NCBI GenBank assembly: GCA_002633005.1 | Contig: NMRA01001143.1 | Span: 15,657 to 49,649, forward strand | Source: Phoronis australis | Lineage: Eukaryota > Animalia > Phoronida | Reading direction: 5' to 3' | DNA: 33,993 nucleotides | Part shown: piece by piece, positions 11,906 through 24,426 of the stretch | Numbering within the stretch: position 1 is the first letter of the stretch | Layout: each line of letters starts with the position of its first letter | Notes under the pieces: generated by a model | Databases searched by the model: none | Seen by the model: only the letters and a program-made list of their open reading frames with translations | Told to the model about the DNA's origin: nothing | Made by a program: the position numbers and the translations under genes

Positions 11906-12077
11906 CACTGCTGGCTACATGATGCAGAAGAGCCAGCTGAATAATATCCTACCTCCAGCATTCATTGATGTCTCTCTACCGGTCTGTGAGTGGAATGTGT
12001 CGTCCCTGAAGCAGAACAGTTGTGATCTGATCGTCTGTATCAACATGATTCATATCACAGACATGAAGGCTATTGTT
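11906..12077 (+). CDS. METTL26: METTL26 coding exon 3
   Basis: STAGY...DLIVCINMIHI; TAG acceptor, GTAAGT donor, phases 2->0. Confidence 0.95.
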
Positions 12078-12736
12078 GTAAGTATGAGGAAAACGAGTGG
12101 CATACGAAAATTAAATTCTTGAATAGTTGATGATGAAATGTAAACTGCATGTCAGACGCTGGCAATAGATGAAGTGTTAACTCGATAGACAAAATTCTGC
12201 AATGGAAGATTACCAATAGTTTTTACTGACACAATTTTGGAACAGTCCTCCTTAAGTTTCAACATGGATGCTCAAGATAAAGGGAAATTTTGGTGCTGTT
12301 AATTTAGCTGTTAATGTTGAAGTCTTAACTTAAGTGCTTTCAAGTTTAGAAACATTGCAACGCAATTGTCCGTTCTTGAATTGCCAGATGAGCTGGCCAC
12401 TCTTATCAAAGCAATGTGTCTATGGGCATTTTTGGGTTCACAATTTTAGGCTTGATGAACCCCAATAAACTCCAAAGTGTTTTCTTGAGTTACTGATGGT
12501 TTGGATGTTCGTGTTAGTATCTGAAATAGAGTCGGATCACGGTAATAACTATTGTACAGTAGGAGTCCACTTTTATGAGACCAAAAAGGCCTCATTTGAT
12601 TTTTGTTTTAATCAAGCTGAAACACAGCTTCAAAATATTTTACGCACTCTTTGAGTACTATAAGACTCAATATTAATTTGCCATCTCAAATGGTGGAATT
12701 GCAGGTTTGATTTACAATGCGAGATGTTGCTTCCAG

Positions 12737-12796
12737 GGCCTTTTTAAAGCTGCAGGAGAACTTCTCAAACCTGGTGCAATATTGCTGACGTATGGT
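12737..12796 (+). CDS. METTL26: METTL26 coding exon 4
   Basis: GLFKAAGELLKPGAILLTYG; CAG/GTAAGT. Confidence 0.95.
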
Positions 12797-13084
12797 GTAA
12801 GTACACATGATGCGCCCGGTGTATGGTAGTAAAAATTTCATTTGTGAGGCATTAGTGGTGTGTCAGTATTATGTAAAGGTGGCATAAGAACTATAATACA
12901 ACAAATCATTTTCCTCTGGCGGGATGTTAGCTAGTGTAACCAACTTATAATTTAACAGTTATCACTTCCCCATGGTAGCCAACTTTCACCTGTAGCAGCT
13001 CCATGCTTCTTTCTCCAATTAAATTTTGTGATTGGTCCATGTTGTAGTTTCTGCAAAATTTAATGGCATATTCTTTGCTTCCAG

Positions 13085-13152
13085 CCTTACATGCAAGATG
13101 GTGTGATATCTCCTGAATCCAATGTTCGTTTCAATCACAGTCTTCAGTCAAG
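13085..13152 (+). CDS. METTL26: METTL26 coding exon 5 (GC donor)
   Basis: PYMQDGVISPESNVRFNHSLQS; ends AG|GCAAGT. Confidence 0.92.
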
Positions 13153-14081
13153 GCAAGTTAGTTTATACCCAATGAATGTAGTTTTGCGGTTGTGACCATA
13201 GATCATGGACAGATTCACAACTGCAATATTTTGTTATGAAATTCTCAGCAGAGGCGTCTCGGTGTCCTAATCTCAGCTTCTGGTTCGTATATTTTTACGA
13301 GTTTTCCGGTACCTATTTTTCTGCTTAGCACTAAATAAGAAAACATTTCGGCACTGAACAGGGCTTGGAATTTAATACCTCTTTTAAATGGATTTCCTCT
13401 TTTTTGATTTCGATTTCATCTCATTTCATTTCCAGTTTCTTCTTTTTCTGTCTCTTTTTAATCATTATTTTGCTTCTAATCACAAAAATTATTTCTATCA
13501 CACATGCCTATTTATTTGTGGAAGGATAATTCACCTGGGAATTTTTTCCTTTTTTTGTCATTGGTCATTCTAAGCTGTGGCTGAAAAGCCATTCAATGTC
13601 TTCCTTTAGAATTCTTGGAGTCCAAATTTTGTCTATGAATTCAACTAGAAGTGCAGTTGGAAAAGTTGATCCCTTGCAAAACAAACCAGTCATCAAGGTG
13701 TACAGGTTGGAAGTAAAATGGGCTAACTCAGCAGGGGCTGGGTGAATAAGGACATTGAGGCTTGTGTGCAATGATCACAGGTCATGAATTGAGAATGTAC
13801 AGATGGTGGACCATTATTGCTGTAATAACTGCTTGAATTAAATGAAATAATTACTTATTTCCTCGTTCAAAATGTATTAAGCAAATAACTGTGATGCTAT
13901 CTTGAACTATAAACTGGACACCCTATTATCACCGATTTGCATTGGCTCGTCCATCAGGAGTTTCAACAGTCCCGAGGTGCGTTGGTTACTCTGGATGGTA
14001 AGGACAAAACTGTGTTATTTCTAGTTGACTCACAGATGTCATATAAAGCCATAAGACTATTCCCGAGTTTTATTTTAACAG

Positions 14082-14160
14082 CAATCCTGATTGGGGATTA
14101 AAAGATGTTCGAGACTTGGAGAAAATGGCAAGGGAAAATTGCATGTCTCTGGTGAAAAAG
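14082..14160 (+). CDS. METTL26: METTL26 coding exon 6
   Basis: NPDWGLKDVRDLEKMARENCMSLVKK; CAG/GTAAGG. Confidence 0.95.
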
Positions 14161-14459
14161 GTAAGGTTCTTGGCCTCACTATCATAGTTTAACGTAATTT
14201 CTGAAAGTAATGGAAACATTAGTGGTCCTTTACTGTAGTCTTTTACATTGTATGATAAGTGAAGCTTTAAAGATGGGATGGTCTGTTCTTTCTAATGTTG
14301 TGTCACTTACAGAAGAATGCAATTATGTGTTATTCCTAAATTCACTAGGATCAGCCAACTACTGATTTTGGCTCGACAATTATAACTGTGAAAAACACTC
14401 CATTCATCTTGTAAGGATGAGGTACATGTATCCAGTTGCATGGATTACCACAATCTTTA

Positions 14460-14855
14460 CTGGGATTTACCGTAGATAAACTCATGGGCGTGTATTCAGA
14501 AAATGAAAAATTTCAGGCGTTTTAGTAACACCAAATAAACGCCCGGGCATGTATTTGGAAAAAGGGGCATGTAAACGGAAAGTCATAGATTTCCTGACTG
14601 ACATTTTCTACTTAAAAGTGTTTTTAAATTTTATGTTAATAAATGCATAGTTCACCAGCACTTTGTTCGTTTTCATAAATCATAAATGCTCCACAAAACT
14701 GAATTTGTGGCCATAAGTCAATGTTTAGTGAGCTTTTAATTGGAAATTTTGTGAATAAACGCCCTACTATCTGGACACTTGACACTAGAAGTTGTAACAT
14801 TAAATAAACGCCCATGGGCATTTCATTGGGTGCGCTTATCTACGGAAAACCCCGG
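14460..14855. mobile_element. Tc1/mariner(pogo)-type MITE in the last METTL26 intron
   Basis: Imperfect ~20-bp TIRs (CTGGGATTTACCGTAGATAA / TTATCTACGGAAAACCCCGG), TA on both flanks, three internal AATAAACGCCC repeats. Confidence 0.8.
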
Positions 14856-14907
14856 TACCATTAAGCAAGGATTTCATTGTCTCAGAACTGTTTCATATTT
14901 ATTTCAG

Positions 14908-14958
14908 ATATCAATGCCAGCAAATAACTTTGTGCTTATATTTATGAAGAGCAACTGA
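14908..14958 (+). CDS. METTL26: METTL26 last coding exon
   Basis: ISMPANNFVLIFMKSN* with the hallmark MPANN motif; TTTCAG acceptor. Confidence 0.95.
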   Translation: MSMPANNFVLIFMKSN

Positions 14959-15378
14959 GGTGACCTCAAAGATGAACAGAGTTGATCAGAAGTTATGTAT
15001 AGAAGCCAGAGCGTCAGATTACATTAAATTATGAAAGCTATTTTTTCATCATCATCGTCATTGAAGTTTGAAGTTATGTTTTTGAGAACTAATATCAATT
15101 TGCTTTCCACAATCTGTAAATACCACTAGACCCATAAAGTGCCACCTTTGAAAATTATTTGTTGGTTCATGCTATGGGGTCAAACCCTATGTTTTACTTC
15201 AAGTTCTGTAAGTAAGCATCCCTTCATTACACACAATACCCCAACTAGAATTTTCCTATTGCTCAAACCGGAAAATTCTCCATTACTAACTTTATTTGAG
15301 TTTGAAGTTGGTGACTTCGACTTCACCTCATTTACACTATGTGGGAATATCTGTTCATTTTGATGGCTGTATTTTATA

Positions 15379-15969
15379 TAATCATAAGCTGAAAATTTTA
15401 ATTTCTTAGGAAAACATCTTGTATGCCAATATGTAGTGAAATCCTGTTACTATGGGAACATCAAGACAATCGGGTTAAAACACTTTGTGTTAAAACGGAA
15501 ACACTCTGGAGAAGCAAAACTTGAGGAAAATCACTGAACATGTGGTAACAGTCACTTGTAGGACTAGACAAATATATTTCAATTCAATGGATTAAGAAAT
15601 TGTGAAAGACTACAATTCATATCAAAGGGTGAATCATCCCCTAGTATCTTTAGTTTGCCTCTACAATGTGTTCAGTTTTTGTGCACAACCAGATTTTATT
15701 TGATGGAATAAATATTCTTGTTAGAGCCTTCAATATAAAGTGTAATTAATGTTAGGGTTAGTTGATATGTAAAATTTTCGCCTCTGTGTTCCTGTGGAGA
15801 TACCTAGACATATTCTCATGTATTCTTTGCTTGTGAGGTATGCAAGGAGGAGAGGGTACAGCTCTTCCAGGCACTCGAACAATACCCCAATGTTTACAAA
15901 AAAATATTCTGAAATTCCGCAATTGTTCAACAAAATTAATTTCTTTCTATATGGATGTCAAGAACTTAA
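15379..15969. repeat. ~590-bp direct repeat, copy 1
   Basis: Near-identical to 16984-17584 apart from substitutions and short indels. Confidence 0.95.
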
Positions 15970-16983
15970 AAGGGAACTGTATTTTATTCTGAATAAATTC
16001 TGGATAGTTTTCTATGAATTGTTGATTAATTTCCCAAATAATTCAACACCAAAAATTAAACTTATATTCTCTAACGAAGCTCAAAAAATTACCGGCTTGG
16101 AGCGCTGCTTAGTCTCGTGACGTATTTGGCGGGGGCANNNNNNNNNNNNNNNNNNNNNNNNNNNNNNNNNNNNNNNNNNNNNNNNNNNNNNNNNNNNNNN
16201 NNNNNNNNNNNNNNNNNNNNNNNNNNNNNNNNNNNNNNNNNNNNNNNNNNNNNNNNNNNNNNNNNNNNNNNNNNNNNNNNNNNNNNNNNNNNNNNNNNNN
16301 NNNNNNNNNNNNNNNNNNNNNNNNNNNNNNNNNNNNNNNNNNNNNNNNNNNNNNNNNNNNNNNNNNNNNNNNNNNNNNNNNNNNNNNNNNNNNNNNNNNN
16401 NNNNNNNNNNNNNNNNNNNNNNNNNNNNNNNNNNNNNNNNNNNNNNNNNNNNNNNNNNNNNNNNNNNNNNNNNNNNNNNNNNNNNNNNNNNNNNNNNNNN
16501 NNNNNNNNNNNNNNNNNNNNNNNNNNNNNNNNNNNNNNNNNNNNNNNNNNNNNNNNNNNNNNNNNNNNNNNNNNNNNNNNNNNNNNNNNNNNNNNNGGGA
16601 CTCGGTGACTCTTTCCATAGCTAAAGCGCCAAACACAAGCTAAACGCAAGACAATCGAGTAACGGTCATGACATCGTCAAGACAAGGTAAAAATTACAAA
16701 GCCCGTTACACCAATTCTCAGATTCAAGCCTTATAGAGTAGTAATCATCCGTTGAACGCTTTAGTGACACGGGAGTTGCGTCGATCCCAAATTAGCGTTT
16801 CTAAAATTTTCCTTGTCCGAAAGTCGCGGGGCAAAAATCCGACGTTTATGACATTGTCCGAAGATCATTAAAAAACAGTTTTTGGACCTTGTACGAATTT
16901 CGTGAACTATGAAAAACTCATTTCGGAAATATTTATTCTTGGTCGAAAATGGCGAGCCGTCCGAAAATCACGCGACTTTACCG

Positions 16984-17584
16984 TAATCATAGGCTGAAAA
17001 TTTTAATTTCTTAGGAAAACATCTTGTATGCCAATATGCGGTGAAATCCTGTTACTATGGGAACATCAAGACAATCGGGTTAAAACACTTTGTGTTAAAG
17101 CGGAAGCACTCTGGAGAAGCAAAACTTGAGGAAAATCACTGAACATGTGGTAATAGTCACTTGTAGGATCCCACTTTTAAGGACTAGACAAATACATTTC
17201 AATTCAATGGATTAAGAAATTGTGAAAGATTACAATTCATATCAAAGGGTGAATCATCCCCTAGTATCTTTAGTTTGTGTCTACAATGTGTTCTGTTTTT
17301 GTGCACAACCAGATTTTATTTGATGGAATAAACTGCTAGAGCTTTCAATATAAAGTGTAATTAATGTTAGGGTTAGTTGATATGTAAAAGTTTCGGCTCT
17401 GTGTTCCTGTGGAGATACCCAGACATATCCTCATGTTTTCTTTGCTTGTGAGGTATGCAAGGAGGAGAGGGTACAGCTCTTCCAGGCACTCGAACAATAC
17501 CCCCAATGTTTATAAAAAATATTCTGAAATTCCGCAATTGTTCAACAAAATTAATTTCTTGCTATATGGATGTCAAGAACTTAA
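16984..17584. repeat. ~590-bp direct repeat, copy 2
   Basis: Near-identical to 15379-15969; the copies straddle the 16138-16596 gap. Confidence 0.95.
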
Positions 17585-17689
17585 CTCAAACGAAAATAAG
17601 GTTTTATTTGAAATAGTATCAGAATTTCTTTATAACATCAAATCTCTTTGTGTGAGTGGATAGAATTTTATACATCTGTATGAAAATGA

Positions 17690-17885
17690 ATTATTTTCAT
17701 TCGTTGTCATATATCATTGTATTCTTAACATCAGTTTTTTTATTTATGTATTCGTGTATAATAATTGTATATAGACTTCTTTGTATTTTTTTACCCAGAT
17801 CTAATGCCTCTTGGCGCTTTCTGGGTTATGTATATTCATTGTATTCTGAAGATTTTGAAATAAACATTAAAAAAATAAAAAAAGT
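17690..17885 (+). mobile_element. Probable LINE 3' tail fragment
   Basis: T-rich tract, stem-loop ACCCAGA...GCCTCTTGGC...TCTGGGT, then AATAAA and an A-rich tail. Confidence 0.5.
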
Positions 17886-18273
17886 TTAAATTTAGCTGCT
17901 TTGCACAGATAAATTCTTTGCAGAAAATATTACATTACATTAAACTATGCAGCCAAGCCTATAATTCACAAATAGGCATTGACAATGCACAATGATTGTA
18001 CAGGAATCAGGGGCAGTTTTTACTGTTCACCAGACACAACACTGATGACGCATTGAACACTTGTTATGAAACACCAAGAACTATCATGCACCTAAGTTTT
18101 ATTGTTACCGTCAATATTGTATGAGCCACAAACTTAAACAAACATTCAAGACCATACACAAAACTAACAGAAGGATTCCCTAAAATTAAAAATTGAAACA
18201 TTCTCTTTAAAGTGCACAATTGTATTTTTAACGCGAATAAAATACCAATTCTTAGCTATTAATGGGTGATAGT

Positions 18274-18356
18274 TACAGGGGTCCTGGATTTTGAGAACCA
18301 CTTTGATGCCCATTATTCAGTGAGAAAACTGGTTCTCAAAATGCAGGGCCTCTATA
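18274..18356. repeat. Hairpin or miniature TA-flanked inverted-repeat element in the probable HGS 3' UTR
   Basis: Arms 18277-18300 and 18330-18353 match at 21 of 24 positions. Confidence 0.75.
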
Positions 18357-18783
18357 AAGGACTATTATTGGAAAATGCCTACATATAGTTCATTACGTAT
18401 TTCAAGATGAATCTCTTTTACAAGTATTGCTCAGCCACGAGGTACAATGTGAATTATGACAATATAAATACTCCAATTACAATTTTTAGATAACTTAAAA
18501 TAAACTGCTTGGCACATAACACCAATAAAGTTAATGTAGGATACAACACCAATGGGTTATACTGGGTATCGAGCCGTTCTAAATGACATACACAAAGTCG
18601 CACTAATAGAGGCGGAAACGGGATATTTTTCAGAACCTGATTATTGGAAACCTTTCCAATTTGAGGCTAGATTATGAGTGGTAATAATGGTTTGAAGTAG
18701 AACAACTTGATGACATACTGACATCTAACTATTGATGATTTAAAATTTGTCAATAGCATCTCATGGACCCCTACTCTACATAG

Positions 18784-18935
18784 CTAATCAAATGAGATGA
18801 GAGCAGCCTCTTGAGGTGGCGGGGCCTGTGGTGGTTGGCTGGTTGGTGGGGCTCCACCATATTGCTGCCCTACATACTGTTGTTGGGGTGGCACTTGCTG
18901 GTATACTGGCTGTGGTGGCAGGGAACTCTGTAAAC
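18784..18935 (-). CDS. HGS: HGS/Hrs last exon with clathrin box
   Basis: GLQSSLPPQ...QEAALISFD*; LISFD is the Hrs C-terminal clathrin-binding motif. Confidence 0.96.
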
Positions 18936-19141
18936 CTGGGAATGGGAAACAACAACAAGAGTAAGAAGTACACTTCTGATCTCAATGTTACGATGAGACT
19001 TCAACTGCAGAGAATAGACTGAAATGGACGTAAAAGACAAGGTAATATAAACAGTCATCAATATGTCATTGAACAGAGACAAAAAACCATATTGATGAAC
19101 GTATAACGGCACGTCATAAGATTTCATAATTCTGTAAATAC

Positions 19142-19418
19142 TACAGAATAAATTCTCCAGTTTGGAACAGTAAAAAATTGATTATTTGGTCGGAGTTTAT
19201 GCCTAATTTTAGAAATGAGCAATATTGGCCATCCAAAATTCAAGGCTATTTTCAAAAATTTTATGAACTGCTAAGGAAATTTTTAGACTTTATTGATACA
19301 AAATGCAGGGCCATATAATTGAGAAATACAACAAATGCCAAAATCACCCAAGTCCCAATTTCAGAATCAATAAAAAATCAATTTAGGAGACTATCAAACT
19401 GAAAATTTTTTACTGTTA
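19142..19418. mobile_element. Possible old MITE in the last HGS intron
   Basis: AACAGTAAAAAATT (19166) inverted at 19404-19417; a similar degenerate end at 19142. Confidence 0.45.
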
Positions 19419-19598
19419 ACTACATACAGTTAGGGTTTTAAATCACTAACTCAATGGAAACGAGACTTATTGGGATGTATCATTTTTAAGGAAAAGAAAT
19501 CATATCAGAAAGTAACAAAATGAGTTAGAATTGCCATTTACATTGAAATAAGTGCCTACATATTTAAATGTACACTAGTACAGTAACTGCACTATTAC

Positions 19599-19910
19599 CT
19601 TGCATATTGAAGGGTTGTTGACCACCATATGGCCCAGGTGGTGCACTTTGGAAACTGTTTGGGGGAGGACCCTGGGCGGAAGTAGGAGGTTGAAACTGAG
19701 GCTGACCAGGTACAGATTGTGTGGACTGTGGTGGATACTGCTGCCCTCCACCAGGTGTCACCTGAGTCGGTCCAGACTGGTATAGCACCTGTCCTGCAGA
19801 TGTTGAAGCAGGCAATTGTTGGAAAGTGGAGGTCATTGGTTGATACACACTAGATGGAGGCTCCATAGAATTGAATGATGGTGGTTGTCCACCTGGATTT
19901 TCACCCACTC
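19599..19910 (-). CDS. HGS: HGS P/Q-rich exon
   Basis: GVGENPGGQPP...PFNMQ; TAG/GTAATA, phases 1->1. Confidence 0.92.
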
Positions 19911-20257
19911 CTAAATAGTCAAGAAACAAAATGAAGACGTGGATACAAAATCAAAAAGAAGAAGTTCATAAGATATTCAATTGTTGTACAAAAGTACACA
20001 GCAGGAAAATTGTTGTCTGTCACACTACAGAATTGATATGCTTATTGAAGAACCTGTCTTCATCATTACTTTAAAAAATTTCTATTCATTGATAACTTTT
20101 TATGTTGTTGATAACACGTGATTCATTCAGTTTCAGTCGACAAATTCTGAAGTTTTGTTTATGCTATGTTTCACCTAAACGGTTGGCCAGGCTATTTAAT
20201 ATACCACTACAATGCCAAGATCTGCATTATGCTCAACATAATATTACTCAACCTCAC

Positions 20258-20537
20258 CAGCATAACCAGGCTGCGTGGACATAAATTGCTGGTTGGGTGG
20301 TCCTGGGGGCATGCCAGATATTGGAGGGTTCATAGCTGAATGACCAGGTGGAACACCAGGGGGGAGACTGCCCATCGGTGGACCCAGAGGTTGACCCATG
20401 CCTTGGGTGCCCGGTGGGCCAATGTGTACAGGCTGATTCATACCCATAGGTGGGGACTGGGTGTAGGCACTGGGGTGCGCCATGTGGTGAGGTGAACCCT
20501 CCACTGACCCAGCAGGACTGTAGCCAGCTCCATAAAC
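20258..20537 (-). CDS. HGS: HGS P/Q-rich exon
   Basis: VYGAGYSPAGS...TQPGYA; CAG/GTGAGG, phases 0->1. Confidence 0.92.
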
Positions 20538-20868
20538 CTGAAATGAAATAAAAGAATGCACTAGCTGAATGACAGCTCCACAATATGACAAAAAATTTTC
20601 TTTACAAATTCTAACAACACTGTCATACTAACTTTAAAAACTTTAAATTTAAATGAATACAGGTCCATGAACAATTACAGCAACATATGCATATCTAGAA
20701 ATAATGCATCAACAAGACCAGATTAATCTTTGTCATGGGTTGCTTTATACTCTGCCAGATAGAGTAAGTTACGGTGATACAACTCTATAACACATGGATT
20801 CTAAACACAGTACATCCGTGATGTAGAATGCGCATACACCAATTACATAGAATCTGGCAGTAGTTCAC

Positions 20869-21018
20869 CTGTGCTCCAACCATTGGCTGGGGGTATCCAT
20901 ACTGTTGCATCTGCCTCATCTGGGTCATCTGCTTGATCTGTTCCTGTCTCATCATCAACTCTTGCTCCTGTTCACGCAGACGCTGCATAGCTACCTGTCT
21001 CTGGTACTCAAGGTATTC
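20869..21018 (-). CDS. HGS: HGS coiled-coil exon
   Basis: EYLEYQRQVAMQRLREQEQE... Confidence 0.95.
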
Positions 21019-22038
21019 CTGCAGGCAACAAAACAACAATTACAGTAGGACCAGGACATCTGCGGGATATTGGTTACAGTAGTTCCAGGACACCTGCGGG
21101 ATTATGAAGACGAGAAACAAAGGCAATTGTAGCCATCCAGCAAGTTGTGTACGACTGAACGTCAAAAAACAGCTAAGAGATGACGCAGGTAAAAAAAGTG
21201 CCAAAATAAGCAAAGATCTCTTTTTCAGTCCATCCACTGAAACTTGACTTGCCATATTTTCACAGAGGAGTTTATACCAAAATGTAAAAGGAATGCTCGC
21301 CCATACTATTGTAATCCAGGCATTGTAAAGACACCTACTTTAAGGCTGTTAAAAAGATTGAAACACAGTTTGATAAATGTCACTAGCACCACTCTTTCAT
21401 ACTTCTGTGACAAAGAAAAAAATCTGTCATCAACTTTTTCAGAACACAATGTATTTTGTGCGATTTTTTGTGTTGGAAGAGCGTCAAGCATTGGGAGAAA
21501 ATAATTTCTTTTATTTGGTGCAGTACTGAGATTTGTTTCAACACAGTGACTAAAAGGTGAATTGAATCTAAACTTAACAAAATTTAAAACTATGATAGAA
21601 CATATACGCTTATTTAGGACCATAAAAATGTTAAATTTTGGCCAATTTCAGAACATCATATATCAGAAATGGCTGATCCTATACATATGAAACTTTCAGA
21701 TACTATGCTTTGTACACTGTTCTCCAAAACAATGGTAAGAATTGTTTTTAAAATGCTTCACTTTGCATAAGGAGCTATCAAAAACTAAGACTCATAGGAT
21801 TTTTATGAAAAAAAAATTAAAGTAGCCTAAAACAAAAACAAAATGACAATTTAGAAAACTGTAAAAGCGTTTTTGAGATCCCGTGTTTACATTTATATCA
21901 TAAAAATTTTTGACATGTTATAGATCCAGTCATTTAGCTATGAATGTACCTTTCTTCTTTGCTAAATTTTCTTTAAAAAGCAAGGTCATTTGACCTAATT
22001 AGTAGAAGATTGGTACAATCACCATACAGTGCACATAC

Positions 22039-22211
22039 ATGTTTCTTTTGTCTCATTATCTCTAGTTTCTGCGCCATCTGTATCTGTCTCTGTCTCTCAA
22101 GTTCCTCAGCCTCTCGACGTTTCTTCTCTCTGTGATCTTCCCGCAGGGCATTCAGAGCTTCCCTGGCATCCTTTAGTTGGGCCAGTTTGTCTTGAAGGGA
22201 CTCGTAATAAC
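22039..22211 (-). CDS. HGS: HGS coiled-coil exon
   Basis: YYESLQDKLAQLKDAREALNALREDH...QMAQKLEIMRQKKH (not in the ORF track; read by hand). Confidence 0.96.
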
Positions 22212-22288
22212 CTGCAAAATGTAATAACTGACTTCAGAATTTTGTCATACCGATGACTTCAAAAATAAATCCAAAAAAAGACATTTAA

Positions 22289-22876
22289 CCCTTATCCTGC
22301 TGAGCCTCTATTCAGACTACTTTCCATGTGTGCTCAGCTAAGTAGGTCACCACCACTGTTGTACACTAAGCTGTTGTGGAGGTCACCCAGACTAATGACC
22401 TAACAATTTCAAATTCGAAATTTGAAGGGGAAACGTTAATTTCACAGAAGAGAAGCTCAGTATATAAAAGCAATCCAGAATTTAATGGAGAGATATTCAC
22501 CATGTGTAAATCTTCGTCATAACCTGGGTGAAAGTAAACTGATCCACTGTCATCCTCTCACATCTGGCTCCATTCATATCATGTAACTATGTGTCTACAC
22601 TTACATAAACCTGCCAATATCTCCCAAACTACTAATCACAGCCATAGGGTTTAAATTGGAGAAATGTAAAGGAAAATGTGAAGTATGGAATGCGCATGCT
22701 CACATATCTGAACAACATTCCAGGGCTCTTACAATTTTTGAATGAAAATCACAAGTGTCCTGGTGAGTGCACTCTTCTAGCGCAGCCCAGCTGCAGCATA
22801 TAGTCGATTGAGTACACCCAATGCATTAACAAGATAACTGGCATGCCCACTGACCTCGCCTAGCACAGGATAAGAG
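22289..22876. mobile_element. piggyBac-type MITE
   Basis: TTAA|CCCTTATCCTG ... CAGGATAAGAG|TTAA. Confidence 0.85.
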
Positions 22877-23530
22877 TTAAAAGAATTTCAGCCCTGCTGT
22901 TTTAATCTTCAGGTTCATGCCCGTAGGCCAAGTGGAAAAAGAAAAAGTATTCAATCATTCAATAGAAGACCTTTGCCAAGTTTCTTCTTATCAGCTGGCA
23001 CCAATTGCTAAATTAGTTTTTACTGCATTTAAGTCGTGGACAGGCGTATATCATTTGACACGAGCTTACTAATTATAAAATAAAGTGCTTTGCTTACATT
23101 AACACGGTGTAAATATTGAGATAATTACTGTTGCTGCAGCTGCGTCTACATAACTACTATTGCTGTTAAATTATTACAAATACACTTAAATTTTATACAC
23201 GTTAAACTGACACACAATAAAGGAAGTAAGCACTAAAAAGTGGAAATAGAAAGGCCCACCTAAGTAATTACAACAAAAAGATCTGTTGACAACTAATATT
23301 AAATTTGAATATGTCAATCTCAATATGGTGCGGAAAATATGTTGCAAACATTTAAGTCATGTCTGCACGCCATCTGTTGGCCGCGTCACGTGACTACTAA
23401 ATTGTAAGAATTCCAAACTAGCCAAGAACAACTTGTATGTTACATGCAAAAGATTTCAATAATATTTGCTTATAAGGGAGCAGATACTTGCAGACAAAAC
23501 CTTCCCAACAACTACAGAAGCCAGTAATAC

Positions 23531-23744
23531 CTCTCTTATCTTCTTGTTCTGAGATGTACTTCATAAGCTGAGGGTGCATAGCATTCAGAGTCATAAACAG
23601 TGTCTGTACAGATGAGTCATTGGCTATGCTGCGTCCACGCTGTGAATTGCTCTTCATACGGTTCACAAAGATCTCCAGACTTGTCTTGAGCGCTGTCAGG
23701 AACTGTTCCTGTTCTACATCACTATCACCATTCTGTTGTAAAGT
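23531..23744 (-). CDS. HGS: HGS helical/GAT-like domain exon
   Basis: FVNRMKSNSQRGRSIANDSSVQTLF...MHPQL. Confidence 0.96.
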
Positions 23745-23997
23745 CTGCAATGAAGAGAGTCGATGGGAACTAACGAGTATATACTGCAACAGATTACACA
23801 CTACTTCACATACATTTTGGTAGAAAATAGTGAATGCTCATTTGTAGCATTGAACAATCCGTATTATTCTCCAGTGCATGAGACAACAATTGTATTAATG
23901 CCAGGACTTTTCGTTTCATCACAAACAAGCTAATGATGAGAGATGATTTGTTTGGTTGGTTAAGTTGCTCTACAGATGCTGAAGAAAACAGTTTTAA

Positions 23998-24110
23998 AAA
24001 CATGTCCACTGTCTATTTGCTGATCAATTACTCTAGGCTTGTTGTTCTAGCAACAAACATGTCCATTGTCTATCTGTTGATCAATTACTATAGGCTTGTA
24101 CTAGCAACAA
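23998..24110. repeat. 57-bp tandem duplication (2 diverged copies)
   Basis: CATGTCCA.TGTCTAT.TG.TGATCAATTACT at 24001 and 24058. Confidence 0.85.
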
Positions 24111-24243
24111 AAATATTGGAAATCGATAAGAATAATTTTCACTGAAATAAAGTTATGACATCCAAAGTTCCGTTTCATTCTGCATTTCTGACAAGCCTTT
24201 TGATAATACATTATAACCATGCCACAAATCCAAAGATTTCTAC

Positions 24244-24426
24244 CTCTTGAATTTTCGGCGTGGTCGTTTTAGGTTCTGTGGTGGTTACTGTTGGTGCAGT
24301 GGGTGCTGTAGCCACCGTGGTCGATGGTTTACTGGTTTCTGCGTGCTTTTGCTCCCAGTAGTTACGGTTGAGATAACGCGCAAGTTCTGGATCCATGTCA
24401 CTTGTGTCAAATGTAGGCACGGACAT
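24244..24426 (-). CDS. HGS: HGS exon with DPELARYLNRNYW and PTAP motif
   Basis: MSVPTFDTSDMDPELARYLNRNYWEQK...APTAP...; branch-like GCTAAT plus CCCCAG acceptor; PTAP is the TSG101-binding P(S/T)AP motif. Confidence 0.92.

Noticed and set aside
16089-16649. ORFs across the second gap
   Set aside because: Almost entirely X residues.
15794-17663. Paired ORFs MEIPRHILM... as a duplicated gene
   Set aside because: They arise from the 590-bp repeat, start at GTG and show no family motif or splice structure.
18788-19127. ORF-track proteins overlapping the last HGS exon
   Set aside because: Wrong frames or antisense; the true frame ends in LISFD*.
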